Shown piece after piece: positions 9,991-19,568 of a stretch of DNA of 33,122 nucleotides. The stretch is from Parcubacteria group bacterium CG11_big_fil_rev_8_21_14_0_20_39_14 (GTDB taxonomy: Bacteria; Patescibacteriota; Minisyncoccia; Minisyncoccales; GCA-002787255). Location: positions 8,425 to 41,546 of the forward strand of contig PCWD01000012.1 in the NCBI GenBank assembly GCA_002787255.1, given 5' to 3'. The position numbers were made by a program, and so were the translations under genes. Positions within the stretch are counted from its first letter, which is position 1; every line of letters begins with the position of its first letter. The notes under the pieces are model-generated. The model searched no databases. It saw only the letters and a program-made list of their open reading frames with translations, and had not been told where the DNA came from.

Positions 9991-12177
9991 TTACAACAAA
10001 AACAAAGAAAGAGCCCCTAAGGGCTCTTTAATTTCTTTTAGTATTGTTTCCATTTCTTCGCCATTTAAAGTCTCTTTTTTCTTTAGCTCCTGAGCCGATT
10101 TCTCTAAGTATTGGCGGTAATCTTCAAGTATTTTTTTAGTCTCGTTATAACAATTAGTTAGTATTTCCCTGATTGCCGAATCTACGTCTTTGGCTGTTTT
10201 TTCTGAATAATTTCTTTTACGGAATGTTTTCCCAAGATAAGGGGACCCTTCAATTAATCCGAGTGTCCGTGGTCCTAATATATCGCTTGCCATTCCAAAA
10301 TCGCAGATCATTTCTTCCACGATTTTAGTAACTTGCTGAAGATCTTCTTTTGCCCCCGTGCTTATTTCATCCGATCCGTAAATTATTTCCTCAGCAGCCC
10401 TGCCGCCAAACAACACTTTTATTCTGGTTAAAAAATCTTTTTTAGTATAATAATATTTGTCTTCTTTTTGAGGTGCCTTGGTAAATCCGCCAACTCCTTT
10501 TGTCGTGGGAATAATGCTAATTTTTTGAGGGAAACCGCCGCAACCGGCAAATTTCATCATAATACCATGACCCATTTCGTGGTAAGCGGCTCTTATCTTG
10601 TCTTCCTCTCTCATTATTGTGCTTTTTCTTTCCGACCCAACCAAAACTTTTTCAATTGCCATCTCAAAATCATCAATTTCTATACTTCTTTTTTTGAGCC
10701 TTACCGCTCTGATGCTCGCTTCATTTGCGACATTGGCTAAATCTGCTCTCGAGAAGCCCAAGGGCGTAAGTTCGGCTACTTTTTCCAAATCTGTTTCAGG
10801 ACTTAATGGTTTATTCCGACAATGAACCGATAGTATCTCTTTCCTCCCCTTCAGATCTGGGAAGGGGACTATTATTTCCCGGTCAAATCTCCCCGGTCGT
10901 CTTATCGCCGGATCCATGACTTCTGGGCGATTGGTGGCTCCAATGACAAAAATCTTTTCATTTGGCTGGAATCCATCCATCTCAGTCAATACCTGAGTTA
11001 TGGTGCGGCTGTCTTCTTTATCTTCCCACTGCGAATCTATACCCCGACTTCCCAAAGAATCTATCTCATCAATGAAGAGAATGGCTGCAGTACCATTGGC
11101 TTTGGCCATATTTCTTACTTCCTGGAATACAGCTCTTACCGAGGTTGCTCCACTAGCTCGCCAAACAGTAACAAATTCCGATGGAACAACCGCTTTGAAT
11201 GGAATTTTTGCCTCCTCGGCTAAGGCTTTTGCTAAAAGCGTTTTTCCGCATCCCGGTGGTCCGACAAAAAGAAACCCTTTGGGAGTTCTGGCGCCATACC
11301 GGGCGAATTCCTCAGAAAATTTTATGAAGTCTAAAATTTCCAGTACCTCAGCTTTTGCTTCATCAATGCCAGCTATGTTGTCAAAAGTTGTCTTTTGTTT
11401 TGCGGCAATGGCGGCCTTAGCGGCTTCATCTCTTTTTCTTCCGATATTAGAATTCGAAATAGCCACAAAAAGAGGGAAGGGGAAAATAAGAATTGCAGAG
11501 CCAATCATGAATCCCCACTTTCCAAAAAAATTACTTTCTTCGATTCTCAAAATGTCCAATTCCCAATACTTTATATTGTACTCGTGCAGCATTTTAGCAA
11601 AATCCCCCGGGTTTAATAAAGAAGGGGGTGGATCGCCAATAAAGAGAGTTCCATTTTTAAGCCAACCCAGAATATAGCTTTGTTCCGTTGCTTCTTTGAA
11701 CCAATTTTTAATTCTTCCAAAGAAACCTGATTGCCTGAACGTCTTTTTGTTGGAAACGATTACAGCGCCATCCACTTCACCATTTTTTCCCTGACTAACG
11801 AATTCGGTAAAGGTGAATTTGAAAATTTCTATTTTTTGGGTGGTGGAAATCTCACCATTTCTTGACTGCATTAAAATTACTATTTGATTGCTCTCGAAGT
11901 TTTTCACCTCTTTGCCATCGGCAACATATTTTAGACTTATGCCCCCAACAAGTCCTTTTTCCACCTGTTTCGCAAAGTTATCAAATTTTATTTCAGGATA
12001 AATTTTCATTGCAGAAGCAGTGACAGCTTTCTACGATGCGATGCTCCCAAGGATAATAAAGATAGATAGCCAGCATATCAAAACAACCTTCAGTTTCTTG
12101 TATTTCCATATTTCGTTTATTCCCCGTAAGGTTAAAGCATCTTTGATTTTCTTTATCACAAAACAGGTTTTTTTCAT
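9991..12177 (-). pseudogene. ftsH: FtsH-family ATP-dependent zinc metalloprotease interrupted by an in-frame TAG at 12031-12033
   Basis: Walker A GPPGCGKT, Walker B ILFIDEID, SRH ATNRPEVMDPAIRRPGRFDR, HEMGH. Frame extends to ATG 12177 (GAGGG upstream) and encodes the first TM helix before the TAG. Confidence 0.8.
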
Positions 12178-12271
12178 TTCATCCCTCGTTTTCCATATTG
12201 TTTGATACAAAGAACACTTCTTTTATTTAATAAGATTTTTTTGTTTCAAAGTCAAGGATTTGAAGTTTCAG

Positions 12272-13110
12272 TGTCAAGTACCCATTTTTTAGACAGATTG
12301 TCTATCCGCGATTTCCCGGATTAATGGGTTATTAAATTCGACCTTGTTAATTAATTTTGAAAAAGCAATTCGTTGGGCAAAGACAGCCGGCGGGCACTTC
12401 AAGGCAGTATGAATCCTCTGGTTGTTGTAGTAATGAATTTGCTGGGCTATGGCTTCAATCAATTCTCCTAAGGTCGGATAACATTCTGGATGACCCAGCT
12501 CCAGTTAAAACCGGAGTAAAATGATTCCTTGTGGCCGTTCTGCCAGGGGCTGGCTTTCTCTGACATTGATGGCTGGACATTAAAACTTTTAAGAAGATTG
12601 AGATATATCTGGCTGCGGTATTCTGAACCCTGGTCTGAATGGCTGATCCCTGGAGCCGGATAATGTTTTAAAGCGTTTAACAGGGCCTGAGCAACTAAAT
12701 CAGTATTATGTCTTACTGAAACTTCCCAGCCGACAACCTGTCTGGTAAGGATATCTTCCAAAGTGGCCAGATAAACGAATCTTCCATAGTAGGGCAAATA
12801 GGTAAAGTCAGAAACCCAAACTTGATTTGGAGCGTCAATGATTATTCCTTGAACTAAATTGGGAATAGCCATTGGCGCTTGACCGAGATCCTCTGGTTTA
12901 TCCGGCTTCTTCCTTCTTCTTTTTGGTTTTAAGCCAAAGAGCTTCATAACTCTCAACACTCTTTTCTTGTTGATCCTTAGCTCTTGGGGCAAAAGATATC
13001 TTTTAAACATAAATGAGATACATTGGTTAATGAATTTTGTGACCTTTCATCCCTAATTTTACCATGTTTTGGCATCTTAGGGGTGTCACAGATGTATCTC
13101 ATCTTACGCA
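12272..13110 (-). mobile_element. Chimeric IS remnant: IS3-family transposase fragment with its right end, fused to an IS481-like left end
   Basis: INKKRVLRVM, VWVSDFTY, HSDQGSEY, SPWQNGHKESF. End TGTCAAGTACCC at 12272; end TGCGTAAGATGAGATACATCTGTGACACCC read from 13110 (-). Confidence 0.8.
12302..13010 (-). pseudogene. IS3-family transposase, 5'-truncated and frameshifted near 12505
   Basis: After ESFYSGF the -1 frame continues LELGHPECYPTLGELIEAIAQQIHYYNNQRIHTALK to TAG at 12302. Confidence 0.85.
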
Positions 13111-13147
13111 GGGAAACAAGGGCGCATGCGCGCGCAAGAAAATATAT

Positions 13148-13176
13148 TTGACCTTTTTTGATTTATGAGATATTGT
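13148..13176 (+). promoter_or_regulatory. Putative sigma70 promoter of the proline dehydrogenase operon
   Basis: TTGACC-17-TATTGT. Confidence 0.4.
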
Positions 13177-13216
13177 TTTAAAAAGACCTGGTTTTTTGAA
13201 AACTAAATAGGGGAAA

Positions 13217-14494
13217 ATGATGCCGTATTTTTGGTCAGATTTGATAGTTAAAGAAAACGGGGTGGAAAAGCTAACTCAATCTTTGGGGAGGGAATTATTA
13301 TCCTTGGTTCAGAAAGAAGCAAATTCAATCTGGAAGCCGTTTTATTGGAAACAGCTTCCCTTGGTCTGGCTTGGCAAAAACGAAATTTTACGGGAGCGGC
13401 TGCTGGAATTCATTAGCGATTATTCTACTTTGAGTTCCCGGGAGGAAAAACTGAAGCATTTTAAAACTTGTTTTTTTGCTTCTCCCCGCAATGAACTCTT
13501 TGCCATTTTAAAGTTTATTTTCCTGCTTGAAAAACTGCCTTTTTTGAAGAATGCCCCTGTTTTTATTATTGATTCATCAGTCAGGGAAGCGAGCAAGCAT
13601 TTCATTGTCGGCAATTCGGAAAGAGAAATTCTTAAAACCGTTAAGAAATTGGAAAAAGAGGGAGCTTCGGGAAATTTTGATATTTTGGGCGAGGAGGTTT
13701 TAAATGAAGTAAAAGCAGATGCGAATTTGAAAGAATATTTGTCTTTGCTCAAAATCACAAATGTTGAAGTTTCCTTAAAGCCCTCGGCCCTTAACTATAA
13801 TCTTGTAAGATTAAGAGACGTTTTCAGAGCGGGTCACTGCGGGGTAACAATAGACATAGAGCAATACAACTCGCGCGATTTGATTTTTGAAATGTTTAAG
13901 AAAGTTTTAGATGAAGATGAATTCAAAGACAACAAGCAGGCGGGAATTGCTTTTCAAACTTATCTTAAGGATTGGGAAGATTCTCTAATAGAATTGCTTA
14001 ATTGGGTCAAGAGAAGAAAATCTCCGATAAAAATTCGTTTGGTTAAAGGAGCTTATTGGGACAGCGAAGTAAATAACGCTTTGAAAGAAGGTCGGCCAAT
14101 TCCGGTTTTTACCAAAAAACGGCAGACTGATTTGGCTTTTGAAAGAGCTTGCCAGCTCTTGATGGAAAATCATAACATTGTAAGAATAGCTGTCGCCAGT
14201 CATAATGTTCGCTCGGTTGCTAAAGCCATGGCATTGGCTAATGTTTTAAATATTCCCAAGGAGGAAATAGAATTTCAGGTGCTTTATGGAATGGGGCATC
14301 CTTTAATGAAGGGGATTGTAAAGATGGGGTATTCTGTTAAGGTTTATGTGCCGGTAGGCGAGCTAATTACCGGAATGAGTTTTTTGGTCAGACGAATAAT
14401 TGAAAATACTTCCCAAGGCTCTTTTGTTTTTCAGAGTTTTGGCAGCAAAGCTTCGGTTGAAGAATTGTTAAAAAATCCAGTTGAGGAGGTGTAA
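13217..14494 (+). CDS. Proline dehydrogenase (PutA PRODH half only)
   Basis: DILGE, SLKPSAL, IDIE, GIAFQTYL, IRLVKGAYWDSE, ASHNVRS, EFQVLYGM, LVRRIIENTS. Confidence 0.88.
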   Translation: MMPYFWSDLIVKENGVEKLTQSLGRELLSLVQKEANSIWKPFYWKQLPLVWLGKNEILRERLLEFISDYSTLSSREEKLKHFKTCFFASPRNELFAILKFIFLLEKLPFLKNAPVFIIDSSVREASKHFIVGNSEREILKTVKKLEKEGASGNFDILGEEVLNEVKADANLKEYLSLLKITNVEVSLKPSALNYNLVRLRDVFRAGHCGVTIDIEQYNSRDLIFEMFKKVLDEDEFKDNKQAGIAFQTYLKDWEDSLIELLNWVKRRKSPIKIRLVKGAYWDSEVNNALKEGRPIPVFTKKRQTDLAFERACQLLMENHNIVRIAVASHNVRSVAKAMALANVLNIPKEEIEFQVLYGMGHPLMKGIVKMGYSVKVYVPVGELITGMSFLVRRIIENTSQGSFVFQSFGSKASVEELLKNPVEEV

Positions 14495-14496
14495 AA

Positions 14497-15252
14497 GTGA
14501 AGAAGAAAAAGGTTGTTAATGTTATTGGGGGACTCTTTATATTCGGATTGATTTTAGCTACTTATTTGCTTGGGGGAATTGGCATAAATAATCTTAGTCA
14601 AATAGGTTTTTGTTATTTAGAAGGAGGCAGCGGATATATTGATACCTCCAGTCTTAATTTGATGGCCGGAACATTAACTTATACACAGATGCCTTTTTAT
14701 CATGACGCCAAAATGGCCGCTTTAAGCGGGAGTTTGGCAGCCGGATTTTTGTTTCTTATTTTATGGGCAATTGTCGCCTGTTGCGGAAACCCTAAAAGGC
14801 TTTTGACAAAGAAGGTAGAGTTTTCTTTATTCAGTTTGGGGTTTGCTCAATTTTTCTACGGTTTCGGGGCGCTCGGTTTATTGCTTAGCGGATTTGCCGA
14901 AATAGCTCCGCCTGGCGCTTCAATTTTGGCATTAGAATTGGGTTTGGTTTCGGGAATTATTTATTACAGAAAGGAAATTAAATCTTTATTCAAAGTTGTT
15001 GATTTAAAGACAGGGGAAGCAAAAGAAATAATATTGCCGCGCAAGATGCCCATTCCGCCTGTTGTCGAAAAAAAGCAAAGAATTTCATCCAGGACAGAAA
15101 GAATTCTTTGCGTGAAATGCGGCAAGCCGATTCCCAAAAAATACAATTTTTGCGGATATTGCGGAACTCCAAAAACAGGAAGCGGAAAAGTTCTTGCAGG
15201 GAGTTGTCTCAAAGAGACCATAACTTTTGCGGAAATTGCGGTATTCCAGTAA
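14497..15252 (+). CDS. Multi-pass membrane protein with C-terminal zinc ribbon
   Basis: Several TM helices; CVKC-x10-CGYC; GTG start after GAGGAGG, 2 bp after the upstream stop. Confidence 0.75.
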   Translation: MKKKKVVNVIGGLFIFGLILATYLLGGIGINNLSQIGFCYLEGGSGYIDTSSLNLMAGTLTYTQMPFYHDAKMAALSGSLAAGFLFLILWAIVACCGNPKRLLTKKVEFSLFSLGFAQFFYGFGALGLLLSGFAEIAPPGASILALELGLVSGIIYYRKEIKSLFKVVDLKTGEAKEIILPRKMPIPPVVEKKQRISSRTERILCVKCGKPIPKKYNFCGYCGTPKTGSGKVLAGSCLKETITFAEIAVFQ

Positions 15253-15533
15253 ACAGACCCTAAACCAGTGAAATGGTTAAAATAATTCCTCTCACCCGGC
15301 CCCGCTATCGGGGAAAATCCAAAATCCCATCCCAAGGTCCGCAATGGCGGAAAAATCCAATTTTTCCCAAATTGTAAATTAACATTAAAAGGTCGAAAAT
15401 TCAACCATTCTTTTAGCCGTTCAGTCGGTCATTCAGTTGCACTTGCAAATTGAATGTAGTTTCACCCGCCACAAGTTTGCTTCGCAAATTTGGGCGGGTT
15501 CGTTTCGCAAAGAAAATCTAATGGAGGTGAAAA

Positions 15534-15872
15534 ATGACGATAGAGCGAAAACCGGTAGAAGATTATTTTGAAGAACAGAAAAGAAAATTTGAAGAAGCGG
15601 TAGGACCAATAAAGGATAAATTATTGGAAATATTGTTTGAAGATTCAGGGAGACTCTACTCTGCTAAAGAGCTGGGAGAAAAAATTGGATTGGCTGAATC
15701 CTGCTGTCAAGAAGAAAGTTGTCAGTATTCAGACTGCCCCAGATATTTAGAGCCAGCCCTGAAAGCTCTTTTGGCTGAAGAAAAAATAATTGCTTATCCC
15801 TGGCCATTTCCCCCGACTGAAAAAACCGAACTTTATTTTGGAATTAATTTATTTTGGGGAATTGAAAAATAG
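15534..15872 (+). CDS. Hypothetical protein, possibly winged-helix with a Cys-rich insert
   Basis: GGAGGT RBS; YSAKELGEKIGL...LEPALKALLAEEKI pattern; CCQEESCQYSDC. Confidence 0.7.
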   Translation: MTIERKPVEDYFEEQKRKFEEAVGPIKDKLLEILFEDSGRLYSAKELGEKIGLAESCCQEESCQYSDCPRYLEPALKALLAEEKIIAYPWPFPPTEKTELYFGINLFWGIEK

Positions 15873-15887
15873 TATGCGAACAGACTT

Positions 15888-15920
15888 AAAAAACTTGCTT
15901 AAAATAGGCAAGTTTTTTTC
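15888..15920 (+). terminator. Intrinsic terminator
   Basis: AAAAAACTTGCTT-loop-AGGCAAGTTTTTT after the 15872 stop. Confidence 0.65.
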
Positions 15921-15976
15921 TTGCAGTCAGTCAGTAAGTATTGATTTCTTTTTATTAAGATTATATTATATATTTG

Positions 15977-16140
15977 AAGCCGTTGAACAAGTATATTTTC
16001 GCGTAGTTTAGCGTACTGTTTCGCGTGGTTTAGCGTTAAATCCATCCCAATCGCGAAACTACGCTAAACCCCGAAGGAGAGGCTTTACGACCCTAGGGGG
16101 CAGGCTTTACGCAAAACCACGCTGAATTATTCAACGGTCT
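15977..16140 (+). repeat. TIR-bounded phased mirror element (GCGT/ACGC units), metK leader
   Basis: Ends CCGTTGAACAA / TTATTCAACGGTCT; four units per arm; sister copy at 31859..31988. Confidence 0.8.
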
Positions 16141-16150
16141 AATTATATTC

Positions 16151-17305
16151 ATGAAAAATTTTCTTTTTACATCCGAGTCGGTGGCTGAAGGGCATCCTGA
16201 CAAAATAGCCGACCAAATTGCGGACGCGGTTTTAGACAAAGCATTGTCGCAGGATAAATACAGCCGGGTAGCTTGCGAGGTAGCGGTAGGGATGGGCTAT
16301 ATTATTGTCGGAGGAGAAATTACAACTAAAGCTTGGGTTGATATCGGAGAGGTGGCAAGGCGGGTAATAAAAGAAATTGGCTACGATAAGCCGGAGTACG
16401 GTTTTGACTATCGCACAGCAGCTATTTTTAACACTATTCATGGGCAGTCGCCTGATATTGCTATGGGAGTTCGAAAAACCGGAACCAGGGAACAAGGAGC
16501 CGGTGATCAGGGCATGATGACTGGCTATGCCTGCCGGGAAACGCCGGAGCTTATGCCCTTGCCGATAATGTTGTCCCACAAATTAGCCAAAAGATTAGCC
16601 GAGGTGAGAAAAAAGGGAATTCTGCCCTATTTAAGACCGGACGGAAAATCGCAGGTAACCGTAGAATATAGAGACAGCGTTGTCAAAAGGATTAATTCCG
16701 TAGTTATTGGCGCCCAGCATAATCCCGATATAGCGTTGGCTAAAATTAAAAAAGACATTATTAAAAATGTAATTAAACCCGTTTGTTCTGAATTTTTAGA
16801 CAAAAAGACAAAGTTTTATATTAACAATACCGGAAGATTTGTAATGGGTGGCCCGGTTTCCGATACCGGGATGTCGGGCAGAAAAATAATAGTTGATACT
16901 TACGGCGGAATGGTAGCTCATGGAGGCGGGAGTTTTTCAGGCAAGGACCCGACAAAAGTTGACAGAGCCGGCGCTTATATGACACGTTATATAGCTAAAA
17001 ATATTGTAGCCGCCGGTCTGGCAGACAAATGTGAAATTCAGATTGCTTATGTAATTGGCGGGACAAAACCCCTGTCTATTAATGTTGATACCTTCAAAAC
17101 TGGAAAGCTCCCCGATGAAAAGCTTACAAAAATCATTTTAAAAGTTTTTGATTTGTCTCCCGGCGGAATTATTCAAAAATTGGAGCTTTTGCGTCCAATT
17201 TATCAAAAAACAGCGTGTTTCGGGCATTTTGGTCGAGAGCTCCCAGAGTTTAGCTGGGAAAAGAAGGACAAGGTGGGGGAGTTATTGAAAATCGTAAAGA
17301 AATAA
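16151..17305 (+). CDS. metK: S-adenosylmethionine synthetase
   Basis: [50 protein letters not shown]. Confidence 0.98.
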   Translation: MKNFLFTSESVAEGHPDKIADQIADAVLDKALSQDKYSRVACEVAVGMGYIIVGGEITTKAWVDIGEVARRVIKEIGYDKPEYGFDYRTAAIFNTIHGQSPDIAMGVRKTGTREQGAGDQGMMTGYACRETPELMPLPIMLSHKLAKRLAEVRKKGILPYLRPDGKSQVTVEYRDSVVKRINSVVIGAQHNPDIALAKIKKDIIKNVIKPVCSEFLDKKTKFYINNTGRFVMGGPVSDTGMSGRKIIVDTYGGMVAHGGGSFSGKDPTKVDRAGAYMTRYIAKNIVAAGLADKCEIQIAYVIGGTKPLSINVDTFKTGKLPDEKLTKIILKVFDLSPGGIIQKLELLRPIYQKTACFGHFGRELPEFSWEKKDKVGELLKIVKK

Positions 17306-17382
17306 AAAGTAAGAATACATACGAATAAAAATGCGAATTCAATGCGAATAATGGTTGCCATAGAATTTGTATTATAATTCGT

Positions 17383-17724
17383 ATGGAATCTATGACCAGA
17401 TTTTTAAAGATTTTATTTTCTATTTTAGGGGCTATGTTTATTGGTTTTGGTTTGGGACTGGTTTTGGCCGATGCTTTGATTTTAACTTTTGCGGGAGTGA
17501 AATACTGGCTTTTGGTTTCGGGCGCTTTAATTTTGGGTGGATTTTTGCTTGGTTTAAGTTTTATCAAAAAAATCCCCCCCAAAAAAGTTCTTTCCGATGT
17601 CAAAACAGAGGCAGATGCCAAGAAAAAAGAGAAATCTTTTTTCGCTTCCGTTTTTGGCAGAACTGCGGCGGACAAGAAAGCTTTAGAGGACAAAGGAGAA
17701 AAAAATATTACAACTCCCCAGTAA
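17383..17724 (+). CDS. Hypothetical membrane protein (2 TM)
   Basis: Two hydrophobic helices, Lys-rich tail; start 17383 or 17392. Confidence 0.7.
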   Translation: MESMTRFLKILFSILGAMFIGFGLGLVLADALILTFAGVKYWLLVSGALILGGFLLGLSFIKKIPPKKVLSDVKTEADAKKKEKSFFASVFGRTAADKKALEDKGEKNITTPQ

Positions 17725-17821
17725 AGATTCCAATAAAGTTGATAAAATCCAAATGACAAAATCCAAATGACAAATCCGTTCGGATTTGGCATTTGGGCTT
17801 TGACATTTGACATTTACAATT

Positions 17822-18115
17822 ATGGCAAAGAAACAAGCGACAACAAAAAAACAAAAACCCGACTATCTAGGTCGGGCAAAAAAAGAGATAAATGAATTTA
17901 TTGAAGAGCTGGTAAGGGCAGGAAAAGTAACTAAGAACGAGGGAGAAAAATATCTCAAGAGGTTTTGGAAAGAAACCGAGGATGAAAGAGAATTTTTGAG
18001 AGAAAAATTAGAAAAAACAGCCAGGGACATAAAGAAAAAAATAGATGTTCCCACCAGAGAGGAATTTGAGGAGCTCAAAAAAAGAGTAGAAGTTTTGGAA
18101 AAACATCATAAGTAA
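17822..18115 (+). CDS. Phasin-like coiled-coil protein
   Basis: FIEELVRAGKVTKNEG and PTREEFEELKKRVEVLE resemble phasin-like proteins; ATG at 17822. Confidence 0.6.
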   Translation: MAKKQATTKKQKPDYLGRAKKEINEFIEELVRAGKVTKNEGEKYLKRFWKETEDEREFLREKLEKTARDIKKKIDVPTREEFEELKKRVEVLEKHHK

Positions 18116-18128
18116 CCTAACGGGGTTG

Positions 18129-18265
18129 ACCCCGTTAGAAATCTTGGGCAGAAAAAATTTTGGAAAAATTTTTTCTGTTATCAATAATGCCGGGCTGACT
18201 TCAACTTCTGTATTTCAGCCATCAATCCTGCTTGGTTAATATATGCGCCAGACTTCTAACGGGGT
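18129..18265. repeat. MITE/REP-like element with ACCCCGTTAGAA...TTCTAACGGGGT ends
   Basis: Perfect 12-bp terminal inverted repeat; extra half-site at 18117-18126; sister at 28913..28957. Confidence 0.8.
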
Positions 18266-18293
18266 TGACAATAGTGGTTTGGCGTGCTATAAA
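18265..18293 (+). promoter_or_regulatory. Sigma70 promoter at the repeat junction
   Basis: TTGACA-17-TATAAA with extended TG. Confidence 0.6.
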
Positions 18294-18451
18294 GAAAGAA
18301 GTGGGGCAACCCCCAATTATTATACGTAAATTAACGTAAATAGGAGTGGCTTTAAGACCAAAGAAGCGCCGCCTCTATTTACAAAAACTTGATGAAATTT
18401 AGGCAGAGTGTTTAATATAAACATTCTGAGAGGTGCCTCAGAAAAATAAAT

Positions 18452-19489
18452 ATGCAAAAATCTAAATTTAATTTTCAAAAATTAAGCCAGAAGCTTTTAA
18501 AAGTGCTGCCCCAAAAGTCAAAAGAGGTTATTGCTCGGAGATATGGTATTTCAACGGGCAGAAATGAAACCCTTCAGGAAATCGGAGAGAGTTTCGGAAT
18601 TACCAGAGAGAGGGTTCGTCAAATTGAAAATTGGGGATTCAAGATTTTAAAGGGGTCTTTCGAATTTAAAAAACTTGAACCAGTTTTTCAGAGCCTGGAA
18701 GAATATCTTAATTTTTTTGGAGGACTAAAAAGAGAGGATGTTTTATTTTACAATTTAGCTCCGGAATCTCAACATTCCGCTTTGAATTTGGTTTTAAAAT
18801 TATCTTCCGGTTTTGAAAGGGTTCCAGAGGGTTCTAAATTTTTTACCTTTTGGTCAGTGGGGAAAAATCCTCAAAATGCGGCAATAAGGGTTGTTGATTT
18901 TTTGGTTGAAAGCTTTAAAAAATGCGGTTCCCCAATGGAAGAGGGGGGGTTGCAAAAGATTTATCAAAAAGAGATTCCCGGGGTTTTGAAAAAGAAAATC
19001 TCAAAAGATGCTTTCTTTTCCTATCTTGAGATTTCTAAGGAAATTAAAAAGGGAGCTTTTGGCAAAATTGGATTGTTTTTTTGGCCCGAGATAAATCCTA
19101 AGGGGGTAAGGGACGAAGCCTACCTTTCTTTAAAAAAAGAATCAAAACCACTTCATTTTTCTGGGCTGACTACTTTAATAAATAAAGATTTTCACCAAAA
19201 AAATAAACCCGCTCAAGTTCAGACAGTTCACAATGAGTTAATAAAAGACCTCCGTTTTGTTTTAATCGGCCGGGGAGTTTACGCTCTGAAAGAATGGGGT
19301 TACGAGCCGGGAGTCGTTAAAGATGTAATCGTTAAAGTCTTAAAAGAAAACAAAAAACCTCTGACCAAAGAACAAATTGTAGACAAAGTTTTAAAATGTA
19401 GAGCGGTTAAGAAAAACACGGTTTTATTCAACCTTCAGGACAAAAATTATTTCAAAAAAATGACCGATGGAAAATACCAGATAGCCTAG
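18452..19489 (+). CDS. Sigma-70 region 4 HTH / HARE-HTH (RNAP delta-like) protein
   Basis: RRYGI..ETLQEIGESFGITRERVRQIE; PLHFS..QTVHNELIKD.RFVLIGRGVYALKEWGY. Confidence 0.8.
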   Translation: MQKSKFNFQKLSQKLLKVLPQKSKEVIARRYGISTGRNETLQEIGESFGITRERVRQIENWGFKILKGSFEFKKLEPVFQSLEEYLNFFGGLKREDVLFYNLAPESQHSALNLVLKLSSGFERVPEGSKFFTFWSVGKNPQNAAIRVVDFLVESFKKCGSPMEEGGLQKIYQKEIPGVLKKKISKDAFFSYLEISKEIKKGAFGKIGLFFWPEINPKGVRDEAYLSLKKESKPLHFSGLTTLINKDFHQKNKPAQVQTVHNELIKDLRFVLIGRGVYALKEWGYEPGVVKDVIVKVLKENKKPLTKEQIVDKVLKCRAVKKNTVLFNLQDKNYFKKMTDGKYQIA

Positions 19490-19568
19490 AAAATTTCAAA
19501 TAGCAAAATCCAAATGACAAAAAATTGTTTTTGATATTTGAGCTTTGGAATTTGGATTTTTTTTGTAA

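Noticed and set aside
11000..11677. Long antisense or overlapping track ORFs (e.g. 11000..11677, 14964..15404, 17250..17813, 31107..31484)
   Set aside because: Shadows of well-supported genes with no recognisable motifs
12495..12515. Programmed -1 frameshift in the IS3 transposase
   Set aside because: The shift lies after the catalytic Glu, not at an orfA/orfB junction, and slipping on T-TTT-AAC puts TAA in the A site; a 1-bp deletion is simpler
15977..16150. SAM riboswitch upstream of metK
   Set aside because: No SAM-I core recognised; the leader is a repeat element also present at ald
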